From contig NC_058369.1 of NCBI RefSeq assembly GCF_018350175.1, positions 19,904,001 to 19,968,000 of the forward strand: DNA of 64,000 nt. The letters are read 5' to 3'. Shown piece by piece: positions 1 to 12,335 of this stretch. The notes beneath the pieces were generated by a model. The model was not told where the DNA came from. It saw only the letters and a list, made by a program, of their open reading frames with translations, and made no database searches. Both the position numbers and the translations under genes were made by a program. Positions within the stretch are counted from its first letter, which is position 1. Each line of letters starts with the position of its first letter. This DNA is from Felis catus (lineage: Eukaryota).

Positions 1-30
1 ACTGAGCCACCCAGGCTCCCCTAAGAGTCT

Positions 31-216
31 TTTTTTTTAAGGAGAGATAGAGAGTGCAGGAGGGGCAGAGAGAGAGGGAGAGAGAGAGAATTCCAAGCAG
101 ATTCCACATTGTCAGTGCAGAGCCCAGTGTGGGGCTTGAACTAATGAACTGTGAGATCATGACCTGAGCTGAAACCAAGAGTGGATGCTTAACTGACTGA
201 GTCACCGAGGTGCCCC
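31..216 (-). mobile_element. Can-SINE (tRNA-derived SINEC)
   Basis: Reverse complement reads ggggcacctcggtgactcagtcagttaag..., then a CT tract and A tail. TSD aagagtct at 23-30 and 217-224. Bases 1-21 are the 5' end of another minus-strand SINE. Confidence 0.9.
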
Positions 217-438
217 AAGAGTCTGTTTCTCGATTTGTGTGTCTCTTAGTTTTTCCCTTTGCTTGTTTTGTTTCTTAAATTCTGCGTAAGTGAAGTTATA
301 ATGGTATTTGTCTTTCTCTGACTTATTTCACTTAGCAGTATACTCTCTAGCTCCATCCATATCATTGCAAATAGCAAGATTTCATTCTTTTTTATGGATG
401 AATAATATTCCATTATATATTGATGCCACATATTCTTT

Positions 439-1349
439 TTTTTTTGAATTTGATGTTGCCTTTATTTTTTTTATTTTATATATGAAATTTATTGTCAAAT
501 TGGTTTCCATACAACACCCAGTGCTCATCCCAAAAGGTGCCCTCTTCAATACCCATCACCCACCCTCTCCTCCCTCCCACCCCCCATCAACCCTCAGTTT
601 GCTCTCAGTTTTTAACAGTCTCTTATGCTTTGGCTCTCTCCCACTCTAACCTCTTTTTCTTTTTTTCTCCTTCCCCTCCCCCATGGGTTCCTGTTAAGTT
701 TCTCAGGATCCACATAAGAGTGAAACCATATGGTATCTGTCTTTCTCTGTATGGCTTATTTCACTTAGCATCACACTCTCCAGTTCCATCCACGTTGCTA
801 CAAAAGGCCATATTTCATTTTTTCTCATTGCCACGTAGTATTCCATTGTGTATATAAACCACAATTTCTTTATCCATTCATCAGTTGATGGACATTTAGG
901 CTCTTTCCATAATTTGGCTATTGTTGAGAGTGCTGCTATGAACATTGGGGTCCAAGTGGCCCTATGCATCAGTACTCCTGTATCCCTTGGATAAATTCCT
1001 AGCAGTGCTGTTGCTGGGTCATAGGGTAGGTCTATTTTTAATTTTCTGAGGAACCTCCACACTGCTTTCCAGAGCGGCTGCACCAATTTGCATTCCCACC
1101 AACAGTGCAAGAGGGTTCCCGTTTCTCCACATCCTCTCCAGCATCTATAGTCTCCTGATTTGTTCATTTTGGCCACTCTGACTGGCGTGAGGTGATACCT
1201 GAGTGTGGTTTTGATTTGTATTTCCCTGATGAGGAGCGACATTGAGCATCTTTTCATGTGCCTGTTGGCCATCCGGATGTCTTCTTTAGAGAAGTGTCTG
1301 TTCATGTTTTCTGCCCATTTCTTCACTGGGTTATTTGTTTTTTGGGTGA
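439..1349 (-). mobile_element. Young 5'-truncated felid L1 nested in older L1
   Basis: Open ORF2 C-terminus (703-1359; [14 protein letters not shown]), G-rich 3'UTR and A tail. 17-bp TSD gatgccacatattcttt at 422-438 and 1350-1366. Confidence 0.95.
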
Positions 1350-3312
1350 GATGCCACATATTCTTTATCCATTCATCAATCAGTGGATACTTGGGCTACT
1401 TCCAAATCTTGGCTATTGTAAATAATGCTGTTATAAACACTAGGGTGCATGTATCTCTTTGAATTAGTGTTTTTGTATTCTTTGGTTAAGTACCCAGTAG
1501 TGCAATTGCTGGATCATAAGGTAATTCTATTTTTAACTTTTTGAGGATCCTCTATACTGTTTTCCACAGTGACCACACCAATTTGCATTCAGTGCAAGAG
1601 GGTTCCCCTTTCTTCACATCCTCACCAACATGTTATTGTGTTGTTGATTTTAGCCATTCTGACAGGTGTGAGGTGATTGTCATTTTGATTTGCATTTTCC
1701 TGATGGTAAGTGATGTTGAGCATCTTTTCATGCGTCTGTTAGCCATCTGTATGTATTTTTGGAGAAATGTCTGTTTATGTCTTCTGCCTGTTTTTAATTG
1801 GATTATTTGAGGGCTTTTTTGGTGTTGAGTTGTGTAAGTTATTTATGTATTTTGATCACTAACCTTTTATTGAAGTTGTCATTTGCAAATATCTTCTCCC
1901 ATTCAGTAGGTTGTATTTTAGTTTTGTTGATTGTTTCATTTGCTATGCAGAAGCTTTTTATTTTGATATAGTCCCACTGATTTATTTTTGCTTATCTCCC
2001 TTGCCTCAGGAGACATCTTAAAAAATGTCGTTATGGCTGAGGTCATAGAAATTACTTCTTGTGTTCTCTTCTCAGATTTTATGGGTCTCACATTTAGGAC
2101 TTTAAATTTATTTCGAGTTTATTTTTGTGTATGATGTGAGAAAGTGGTCCAGTTTCATTCTTTTGCATGTTGACCAGTTTTCCCAACACCATTTGTTGAA
2201 GAGACTTTTTCCCATGGCGTATTCTTGCCTCCTTTGTGATATTGACCATATAAGCATAAATTTGTTTCTGGCCTGTGTGTTCTATTCCATTGATCCATCC
2301 ATGTGTCTGTTTTTATATGAGTACCATACTGTTTTGATTACTACAGCTTTGTCATATATCTTGAAATCTGGGATTGTGATACATCTAGTTTGTTCTTCTT
2401 TTTCAAGATTGCTTTGGATATTCAAGGTCTTTTGGACTTACATACATTTTAGGATTATTTATTCTAGTTCTGTGAAAAATGCTGTTGGAATTTTGATAGG
2501 GATTGCATTAAATCTGTAGATTGCTTTGGGATTGCTTATGGACATTCCAACAATATTTACTCTTCTAATCCATGAACACGGAATATCTTTCCTTTTTTGT
2601 GTGTCATCTTCAATTTCTTTCATCAGTGTTTTATAGTTTTCATAGTACAGGTTTTCACCTCCTTGGTTAAGTTTATTATTAGGTATTTTATTATTTTTGG
2701 TGCATTTATAAATGGAATTGTTTTCTTAATTTCTCTTTCTGCTACTCCATTATTAGTGTATAGAAATGCAATGGATTTCTATACATTGATTTTGTGTTCT
2801 GTGACCTTACTGAATTCATTTATCAATTTTAGGTTTTTTTGGTGGAATCTTTAGAGGTTTCCATTTATAGTATCGTGTTATCTGTAAATAGTGAAGGTTT
2901 TACTTCTTCCTTACCAACTTGGATTGGATGTCTTTTATTTCTTTTTTTTATTTCTTGATTGCTGTGGCTAGGATTTCCAGTACAATGTTGAATAAAAGTA
3001 GTGAGAGTGGACATTTTCATTTTGTGCCTGATCTTAGGGGAAAAGCTCTCAGTTTTTCCCCACTGAATGTGAGGTTAACTGTGGGTTTTTCATATAAGGT
3101 CTCAATTATGTTGAGGTATGTTCTCTCTAAACCTACTTTGTTGAGGCTTTAATAACAAATTGTTGCACTTTGTCAAATGCTTTTTTGCATCTGTTGAAAT
3201 GATCATATGGTTTTTATCCTTACACTCTGGTGTCTGACATTGATTGAGTTGTGAATATTGAACCACCCTTGCATCCTGGGAATAAATCCCATTTGATCAC
3301 GGTGAATGATTT

Positions 3313-3425
3313 CTTTTAAGTTCATTTATTTATTTAACTAAACTCTACACCCAACATGGGGCTTGAGCTCATGACCCTGAGATCAAGAGTTGCATGTTCC
3401 TTTGACTGAACTAGCCAGGCACCCC
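3313..3425 (-). mobile_element. Short Can-SINE
   Basis: Reverse complement starts ggggtgcctggctagttcagtc and has an aaataaataaa tail. Degenerate TSD (cggtgaatgattt / cggtatatgattt). Confidence 0.75.
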
Positions 3426-3942
3426 GGTATATGATTTTTTTAATGTATTGCTGGATTCAGTTTGGTAAATCTTTATCAAAGATTTTTCCATCTGTGTTCA
3501 TCAAAGATATCGTCCTGTACTTTTTTTTTTTTTTTTGTAGCGTCTTTATCTGGTTGTGGTGTCAGGCTAATGCTGGCCTCATAGAATGAATCTGGAAGCT
3601 TGCCTACCTCTTTTTTTGGCGGGGGGGGGGGATAGTTTAAGAGTAAGCATTAACTCTTCTTTAAATGTTTGGCACAATTCACCTATGAAGCTATGTGGTC
3701 CTGGACTTTTGTTTGTTGGACATGTTTTGATTACTGATTCAATTTCATTGCTGGCAAGTGGTCTTTTCAAATTTTCTATTTCTTCTTGATTCAGTTTGGG
3801 AGGTTATATGTTTGTAGGAATTTATCCCTTTCTTCTAGATTGTTCAGTTTGTTTACATGTAGTTTTTTGTAATATTCTCTTTTAATCCTTTGTGTTTCTC
3901 AGGTGTTGATTCTTATTTCTCCTCTTTTATTTCTGATTTTGA

Positions 3943-3985
<43 letters not shown>

Positions 3986-5429
3986 ATGAGTCTAGCTAAA
4001 GGTTTATAAATTTTGTTGATCTTTTAAAAGAACCAGCTCCTGAGTTCATTGATCTGTTCTTTTTTTTTTTTTTTTTTAAAGTTTATTTCATTTATTTCTG
4101 TTCTCACCTTTAGTATTTCCTTCCTTCTACTGGTTTTGGGTTTTGTTTGTTTTTCTTTTTCTAGCTCCTTTAGATATAAGATTAGATTGTTTACTGGAGA
4201 TTTTTCTTTTTGAGGTAAGCCTGTATTGCTATAAATTTCCCTATTAAAACAGATTTTGCTGCATCCTAAAGATTTTGAACTATAGTGTTTTCATTTTCAT
4301 TTGTCATCTTGTATTTTTTATTTCCTATTTTATTTCTTGATTAACCTATTGTTTAGTAGCATGTTATTTAACCTCCATGTATTTGTAGTTTTTCCAGATT
4401 TTTTCTTGTGGTTGATTTCTAGTTTTATAGCATTGGAAAGAATGCATGGTATGATGTCAGTCTTTTTGAATTTGTTTAGACTTATTTTGTGGCCCAGTAT
4501 GTGATCTTTACTGGAGAATACGCCATGTGTACTTGAAAGACTGTGTATTCCACTGTTTTAGGATGGAATGTTTTGAATGAATCTGCTGGTCCAACGTGCC
4601 ATTCAAACTAACTGTTCCTTGTTGATTTCTGTTTCAGTAATCCATTCGTATAAGTGGGGTGCTAAAGTCCCCTCCTGTTATTGTATTAGTATCAATTATT
4701 TCCTTTATGTTTGTTATTAGCTGTTTTATTACTTGAGGGCTCCTATGCTGTGTGCATAAATATCTACAATTGTTGTATCTTCTTGTTGGATTATTCCCTG
4801 TGTGATTATTTAGTGTCCTTCTTTGTTTCTTGTTACAATATTTGCTTTAAAGTCTGTTTTGTCTGATATGAGTATTGCTACCTTAGCTTTCTTTTTACTT
4901 CATTTGCTTGATAAATGTTTTTCCATCCTTTCATTTTCAGTCTGCATGTGTCTTTAGGTCTAAAATGAATCTCTTGTAGACAGCATATAGATAGGTCTTT
5001 CTTTTTATCCATTCCATCACACTATATCTTTTTGAGTGTTTAGATCATTTACATTCAAAGTAATTATTGATAGGTATATATTTATTACCATTTTGTTACT
5101 TATTTTATGGTTGTTTTTGTAATTTTTCTCTGTTCCTTTCTTCTCATGTTTTGTTGGCTTTCTTTAGTGATATACTTGAATTCCTTTTTCTTATATCTAT
5201 TACCAGTTTTTGATTTTTGGTTACCATTAGGCTTATATATGACATATTATGCATATAGTAGTCTATATTATGTTGATAATTGCTTAAATTTGAACCCATT
5301 CTAAAAGCACTAAAATTTTACTCCTCTCCCTCCCATGTTTTAGGTGTATGGTGGCATACTTTACATCCTGGTATTTTGTGAATCCCTTGACTGATTTTTA
5401 TAGGTACACTTAATTTTATTGGTTTTAAA

Positions 5430-5945
5430 GTCACTCTTTTGATGTATACAATACAGTGGCTTTTAGTGTATTCACAAAGTTACACAGCTATCATCACTAA
5501 TACCAGACTATTTCATTACCCCCAGAAGAAATCTATGGAACTGTATAATACTTGACTTTTTGTGTCTGGCTTCTTCTGCTTTGCATATTTTTAAAGTTCA
5601 TTCATACTGTGGCATGTATCAGTATTTAATTCCTTTTTATGGCCAAATAATATTCCATTGTTTGGATATACCACATTTGGTTTATCTATTTAACTGTTGA
5701 TATTCTTTGGACTATTTCCACTTTTTGACTAATATGAATAATGCTATCAACTTTCATGTACAAGATTTTTCATGGACATATATATTCCTTTCTTTTGGTT
5801 ATATACCTAGGAATGGAACTTCTGGGTCATATGGCAACTCTGTGTTCAACATTTTGAGGAATTACAAAACTGTTTTCCAAAGTAGCTACACCATTTTACA
5901 TTCCCACCAGCAGAATATGAGATTCTGATTTCTCCACATATTCTT
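5430..5945 (-). mobile_element. Ancient L1 3' end (L1MB/MC-like)
   Basis: Antisense L1 3' motifs (atattccattgtttggatataccacatt; actgttttccaaagtagctacaccattttacattcccaccagca). Confidence 0.7.
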
Positions 5946-6256
5946 TTCAGTTTGTGGCATAGCCATTGCAGTAGAACTCTGCCCTGCAGAATTCCCCCTT
6001 TAGGGTGAGGCACTGGGCTGGCTCTATATGGTGGAGACTCATTTGGTAGACTCTCAAGGGCTGGAGGTAGTACGTAGCCCTTGCTTTTACTCATGTATTT
6101 ATATTTATATCAAGGATTTCTCCAAATAGAAACCCATTTAAGTACTGTGCAGTAGACACCCTCTGACCTCTAAACTTGAAGCACCACAGGGTCATTCCTC
6201 CAGCTTCTCCTTATACTCTAGGTTATATGCAGCTTTGTGGCTTTAAAGACTGACAA

Positions 6257-6465
6257 GGCACCTGGGTAGCTTAGTTGGTTAGGCGTCAGCTCAGGTCATG
6301 ATCTCACGGTTTGTGAGTTTGAGCCCCATGTCAGGCTCTGTGCTGACAGCTCAGAGCCTGGAGCCTCCTTCAGAATCTGTGTCTCCCTCTCTCTGCCCCT
6401 CCCCTGCTCATGCTCTCTCTCTTTTTCTCTCTCAAAGAATAAATAAACACTAAAAAAATTTTTTT
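6257..6465 (+). mobile_element. Can-SINE
   Basis: ggcacctgggtagcttagttggtt...ctcaggtcatgatctcacggtttgtgagtttgagcccc, then CT tract and aataaataaac. Confidence 0.9.
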
Positions 6466-6990
6466 AAGACTTATCTTCATACTGATGACTTACAAATTTG
6501 TATCTCTAGCCAGACATTTTCCCAGTACTCCAGATCCAGATATCCACTGTCTTTCTTTCTTTTTTTTTAAATATAATTTATTGTCAAATTGGTTTCCATA
6601 CAACACCCAGTGCTCATCCCAACAAGTGCCCTCCTCCCTGCCCATCACCCACTTTTCCCTCTCCCTCACCCCCCATTTACCCTTAGTTTGTTCTCAGTCC
6701 TTAAGAGTCTCTTATGGTTTGCCTCCCTCCCTCTCCCTTTCCTCCCCCCTTTCCCTCCCCCATGGCCTGTTAAGTTTCTCAAGATCCACATGAGTGAGAA
6801 CAAGTGGTATCTGTCTTTCTCTGCCTTTCTAACATCTTTACTTGGGTATCTAATAAAAATCTCAAACTCAACATGTTCAAAACAAACCCTTTACACCCTG
6901 TCTCCCCACCTTGATCTTCCTCATCTTATTAAATGGCAATTTTGTTCTGCTAGTAGCTCAGGTCAAAGCATTAAAGTCCCTTGATTTTTC
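6466..6990 (+). mobile_element. L2 relic interrupted by an L1 fragment
   Basis: L2-like motifs actgatgacttacaaatttgtatctctagcc...atctcaaactcaacatgttcaaaac. Confidence 0.6.
6557..6820 (-). mobile_element. L1 3'UTR fragment (about 260 bp)
   Basis: tttattgtcaaattggtttccatacaacacccagtgctc felid L1 end. Probable TSD ctgtctttct (6547-6556) / ctgcctttct (6821-6830). Confidence 0.85.
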
Positions 6991-7964
6991 CAAACTTAAA
7001 AAAAAATGTATTCTTTGTCATGTGTATGCACTGAAGTTGCTGTTCCTTTAATATGGTTCAACTACAATTTTCAGAGAGATTTCTTTGAATGCTAGTTGCT
7101 GAAAAGACCATAAAATAACATGCAAGAAAACCAAAAACCTCTCCTTGTCTTTGCATTTTGGCTCTGTGCTGGGTATTTCCTCAAAATAGTAGCTAGGTTT
7201 GCACTGAGCCTAGGAATCAGCCCAAGGTGAAAGGTGAGAGTCTTCTTTGGTCTTGTCTTAGCATGAGTACTTTTGAATGTCATAATTTCAAAAATAATCC
7301 TCTGCCAGATTTTTTTTCCAGACCTTAAGTTGTCTATTATATGTCTTGAACCATAATCTTTGGTTCCAGGTGTCTGTAGTGTGTTAGTTCACCTTATACC
7401 ATTTTCTGATAAAGCCTGGATTTTCAATCTGTATCCATACTAGGCTAAAGAGAGATAAGTGCCTTCCACCAGTCCTTCAAGTATCCCTCAGACAAGTTAG
7501 AACAGACACACACAATTATTTCTGAGTAAAGTCTGCTCTGCTCCCTTTAGAACCATGGACCAGCATCTCTTACTTGGTACACAGCCTGATGCTACTTTGA
7601 CTGCCACCGCTTTAGAATTGTGCCATACTAGAGTCTTGGGCAAGGACAAATAAAAATACTACAAAACTTTCCTGCCATTTTTAAGTTGTGTTTTTCTTGG
7701 TTCAACATTCACTTAGTTTCTGTAATCCTTTGACCATTTTCCAGAGTTCTGACAGTATTGGTTCTGACAGGTTTTGCTTGTTTTTCAGTATTTCTATGAG
7801 GAAACAAGTGCTTGGAGCTCCCTACTGTGCCATTTTCTAGTGTCACATAGTTCATTTCTTTTTATCCTGAGCAGTATTCCACTGGATGGATATATCACAA
7901 GTTTTCTTCCTATTTGTAAATATTTGGGTTGTTCCCAGCTTTGGTCTCTTCTGAATAAAGCAGT

Positions 7965-8386
7965 TGTAATGGTTAATTTTATGTGTCAACTTGATTGGGC
8001 CATAGGATGCCCAGATATTTGGTCAAACATTCTGTGTGTGTCTGTGAGGATGTTTTGAATGAGGTTAACACTTGATTTTGTAGACTGTGTAAAGCAGATT
8101 GCTTTCCCTAATGGGGTTGGCCCTCATCTAATCAGTTGAAGGCTTGAGTAGAACAAAAGGCTGATCCTTCCATGAGTAAGGGGGAACTCCTCCCACCTGA
8201 CTGGGACCTTGGTCTTTTCCTGCCTTTCCTGTACCATCAGCTCTCCTAAATCCCAGCTTGCTGACTGTAGATCTTGAGACTTCTTAGACTCCATAATTGT
8301 GTGAGCCAATTCTTTATAATAAGTCTCTCTGCATATGTATACACATCCTGTTAGTTCTGTTTCTCTGGAGAACCCTTACTAGTATA
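7965..8386. mobile_element. MLT2-type (ERVL) solo LTR
   Basis: Starts tgtaatggttaattttatgtgtcaacttgattgggcc and ends ttctgtttctctggagaacccttactagtata, matching recalled MLT2 termini. Confidence 0.8.
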
Positions 8387-9418
8387 GTCATGAACGTCAT
8401 GTACACATATATATGTCTTTTTATTTCTCGGGTATATATCTAGGAGTAGAATAGATCATATAGCATAGGGTCTAGAAACATAAAGAGTCAAACTTGTGAA
8501 TGTTTGTTTCCAATATAAAATAATGTTTCAGACATCCAAATTTTCTCCATAGCTGTCCTCAGTGTTTTGAATTTTTCTGTTAACTCGTTTTAAAAAATAG
8601 TAACAAAAGAGAAAATGAGAAGAAAATTTCAAATAGATCTTAGTGGCTTTTTACATTGCTTAAAGAGTCACTTACCTGTTTTAGCAGAAAATGATGTATT
8701 CAACCTGAGTAATATATTATTATACTTTGTAGTCTGTAGGTTAGTTGGGAATGGGAGCAGGGGCCATGCAGTAAAACATAGAAGACAGGGTCTATTTACA
8801 AGTGAAAGTCTAGAATCACTATTTTCCACATTTCCATATATACTTTTTATTGGTAAAATCTTAAAACATGGAGAGACAAATTTACAAATACAGTTTAATA
8901 GAATTATTCACATTTGATAGTTTAATTGAATTAAACACATATTTAATAGAATTAAACACATATTAATAGTTTAATAGAATTATTCACAAGGCTGCAAATG
9001 AAAGGCATACATTCACTCTAAGGATTTATGTGTAGTAGGTCTTAATGAACTTTTAAAGTCTTGACTCTACTAGCTGCTAGGGTATTACTAAAAATTAACA
9101 TGTTTCATGTAAAAGTAGGTAATTTACCTAATTAGGTAAAATTAGGTAAAATTACCTTCTAAAAGATCAAGAAAATTTAAATATGTAAATACCTGGTAAA
9201 GGTGATTGTGGTAGGTAGCCTCTAAAATGTACTCCCATGATCCTTGCCCTGTCTTTCGGGATTTCTATACTTTGAAATCTCCACTTGAGTTTGGGCTGGA
9301 CTTCAATGACTTGCTTCCAATGAATTGAATACAAACAGAAATGATATAAGATATCACTTCTGAGATTAAATTTTAAAAAGACTAAAATGTATATCTTGAC
9401 TTCTCTCTGTCTCTTTTC

Positions 9419-9458
<40 letters not shown>
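9419..9458. repeat. (ATCT)n microsatellite
   Basis: Directly visible tandem repeat. Confidence 0.95.
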
Positions 9459-9495
9459 GTCTCTTTAATCATTTGGGGGATAGCCAGCTGCCATA

Positions 9496-9497
9496 TT

Positions 9498-9561
<64 letters not shown>

Positions 9562-9563
9562 TC
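9496..9563. repeat. (TTTC)n microsatellite at the tail of a minus-strand L1 fragment
   Basis: Directly visible tandem repeat. Confidence 0.95.
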
Positions 9564-9856
9564 CTTTTTCTTTAAGTTTTTATTTTAATTCCAGTTAATT
9601 AGCTGGAATTAACTGTAGTTAACATACAGTGTTGTATTAGTTTCAGGTATACAATATAGTAATTCAGCACTTCCATAAATCACCCTGTACTCATCACAAG
9701 TGTACTCCTTAATCCCTATAACCTATTGGATCCATCCTGTAACTCCCCCTCACCTCTGGTAACCATCAGATTGTTCTCTATAATTAAGAGGCTATTTCTT
9801 GCTTTTGTATTTGGCTCTCTCATTTTTTCCCTTTCCTTGTTTGTTTTGCTTTATTT
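9564..9856 (-). mobile_element. Older carnivore L1 3' end fragment
   Basis: gttaacatacagtgttgtattagtttcaggtatacaatatagt...taaccatcagattgttctctata. Confidence 0.75.
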
Positions 9857-10479
9857 CAAGGCAGACTATGGAGAGGCCCAAGTTAGTAAGTTTGGAAGCA
9901 GATTTTACTTCAGCCAGGTCTTGAGATGAGTGAAGCCCAGGTCAATATATTGCTTGTTAACCCTCATGAGAGATGCTGAGCCTGAATCACTCAACTAATC
10001 CATTCCCAGATTCCTATTCCATAAAAAGTGAGGTCATGTTTTAAATTTGCAACCAAATTGTATGGTATTTTGTTAATGCAGCAATAGATACGTAACTAAA
10101 ACATCTAAAGGATAAAAAACACTTAAGCCTTCTCTTGCAATGAGTATACTAGAAATTGTGGTTACACTCATGCTTAGTAAAGCAGAATTTTGGAACCAGT
10201 AAGAGCCTGAGACATGATTAATCATCTCCAAGATACTGTATATTCTTCTTAGCTTATTTTCTTTCTCCTTTCTACAATAATGTAAGCTTCTTGAGAGAGG
10301 AGAGTTTTAAAAGTTGTTTTGTGCATTGCTATAACCCCAGTCTGTAAAATAGGTTAAGTATATGCTTCCCCTACCATCCTTCATTAGATGGTCAGAATTT
10401 CCATATTCTATGGAAATGTAGAATAGTGATGATCACAGTGACTTGCTTTAAAGATATAGCCTACCTTACGATATCAACA

Positions 10480-11394
10480 GAGGAAGATGGCGGCGTAGGA
10501 GGACGCTGGGCTCTCCCCGTCCTGCGGATCACTTAGATTCCACCCACACCTACCTAAATAACCCAGGAAACCACCAGAAGACTAGCAGAATGGAATCTCT
10601 GGAGCCAAGTGTAGACAAGAGGCCCACGGAAGAGGGTAGGAAGGGAAGAGAGGCGATGCGCACTACACGGACTGGCGGGAGGGAGCCAGGGCAGAGGGGC
10701 AGCCAGCCGGCGAAGCAGAGCCCCCAAGTCTTGCTTGCAAAAGCGGAGGGGCCAGACGGAGTGTGTTCTGACAGCAAGCGGGACTTAACATCTGGAAGGT
10801 TATAAGTTAACAGCTCTGCTCGGAGAGTGAGCGGGCTGGAGGAGAACGGGAGGGAGAGTTGTTGAGCCCCGGACGACAGAGCTCAGCCTGGTGGGGAACA
10901 AAGGCGCTCGCCAGCACCATCTCCCTCGCCCAGCCCCCAGCCAAAATCCCAAAGGGAACCAGTTCCCATCACAGAACTTGCTTGCACCCCGCAAACACCC
11001 AACGCTGTGCTTCTGCGGATCCATCCCTCCGGCGGGTCTGACTCAATCCCGGTGCCGCAGGGCCCCTCCTGAAGCAGATCTCCGAAGGAAAAGTGAGCTG
11101 AGCCTGGCCCTCCCAACCCTGTGCACCTTGCCGAACCACCCCAGCTAATACACCAGATCCCCAGCACCATAGCCCGGCAGTGTGCAAGTAGCCCAGATGG
11201 GCCACGCCACCCCACACTGAATCCCGCCCCTAGGAGAGGGGAAGAGAAGGTGCACACCAGTCTGACTGTGGCCCCAGCGGTGGGCTGGGGGCAGACATCA
11301 GGTCTGACTGCGGCCCCGACCACCAATGCAAGTTATTCAAGACAGCACAGGGGAAGTGCCCTGCAATTCTGCACCACTCCAGGGACTATCCAAA
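10480..11394 (+). promoter_or_regulatory. L1 5'UTR internal Pol II promoter (CpG-rich) with YY1-like motif aagatggcggc
   Basis: GC/CpG-rich island in an AT-rich background. YY1-type motif at about 10484-10494, as at L1 5' ends generally. Activity is inferred, not shown. Confidence 0.7.
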
Positions 11395-12285
11395 ATAACG
11401 AAGCAGAAGAATTCCCCTCAAAAAAACCTCCAGGAAATAATGACAGCTAACGAACTGATCAAAAATGATTTAAACACTATAACAGAAAGTGAATTTAGAA
11501 TAATAGTCATAAAATTAATCGCTGGGCTTGAAAACAGTATAAAGGACAGCAGAGAATTTATTGCTACAGAGATCAAGGGATTAAGGAACAGCCAGGAGGA
11601 GCTAAAAAATGCTATTAATGAGCTGCAAAATAAAATGGGAGACGACCACAGCTCGGATTGAAGAGACAGAGGAGAGGATAGGTGAACTAGAAGATAAAAT
11701 TATGGAACAGAAGAAGCTGAGAAAAACAGAGATAAAAAAAATCCAGGAGTATGAGGGGAAAATTAGAGAACTAAGTGATGCACTAAAAAGAAATAATCTA
11801 CGCATAATTTGTATTCCAGAGGAGGAAGAGAGAGGGAAAGGTGCTGAAGGTGTACTTGAAGAAATAATAGCTGAGAACCTCCCTGATCTGGGGAAGGAAA
11901 AAGGCACTGAAATTCAAGAGGCACAGAGAACTCCCTTCAGACATAACTTGAATCGATCTTCTGCATGACATATCATAGTCAAACTGGCAAAATACGAGGA
12001 TAAAAAGAAAATTCTGAAAGCAGCTAGGGATAAACGTGCTCTAACATATAAAGGGAGACCGATAAGACTCATGACGGATCTCTCTACTGAAACTTGGCAG
12101 GCCAGAAAGGAATGGCAGGAAAACTTCAATGTGATGAACACAAAAAATATGCAGCCGAGAATCCTTTATCCAGCAAGTCTGTCATTTAGAATAGAAGGAG
12201 AGATAAAGGTCTTCCCAAACAAAAACTGAAGAAATTCATCACCACTAACCAAGCCCTACAAGAAATCCTAAGGGGGATCCTGTGA
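11395..12285 (+). pseudogene. L1 ORF1p, disrupted
   Basis: Start codon ATG>ATA (11395), frameshift near 11638, CGA>TGA at 11966-11968. Fragments 11326-11661 and 11609-11968 align to the intact ORF1 at 23621-24514. Confidence 0.92.
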
Positions 12286-12335
12286 GACAAAGTCCCAGAG
12301 ACATCACTACAAGCATGAAACCTACAGACATCACA

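Larger units (their letters stand above)
217..5425 (-). mobile_element. Old degenerate LINE-1 (3'UTR, whole ORF2 region, part of inter-ORF), host to nested insertions
   Basis: Decayed ORF2 peptides (e.g. 3579-3770 RPLASNEIESVIK...KSPGP; 246-431 MEYYSSIKKNEIL). Interrupted at 439-1349 and about 3313-3425. Confidence 0.88.
9207..10103 (+). mobile_element. MLT1-type (MaLR) solo LTR interrupted by microsatellites and an L1 3' fragment
   Basis: Starts tgtggtaggtagcctctaaaatg and ends gtattttgttaatgcagcaatagatacgtaactaaaaca. Confidence 0.65.

Noticed and set aside
8892..8988. Short spaced repeats resembling a CRISPR array
   Set aside because: Mammalian context, no unique spacers of regular length and no cas genes. 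It is a local duplication.
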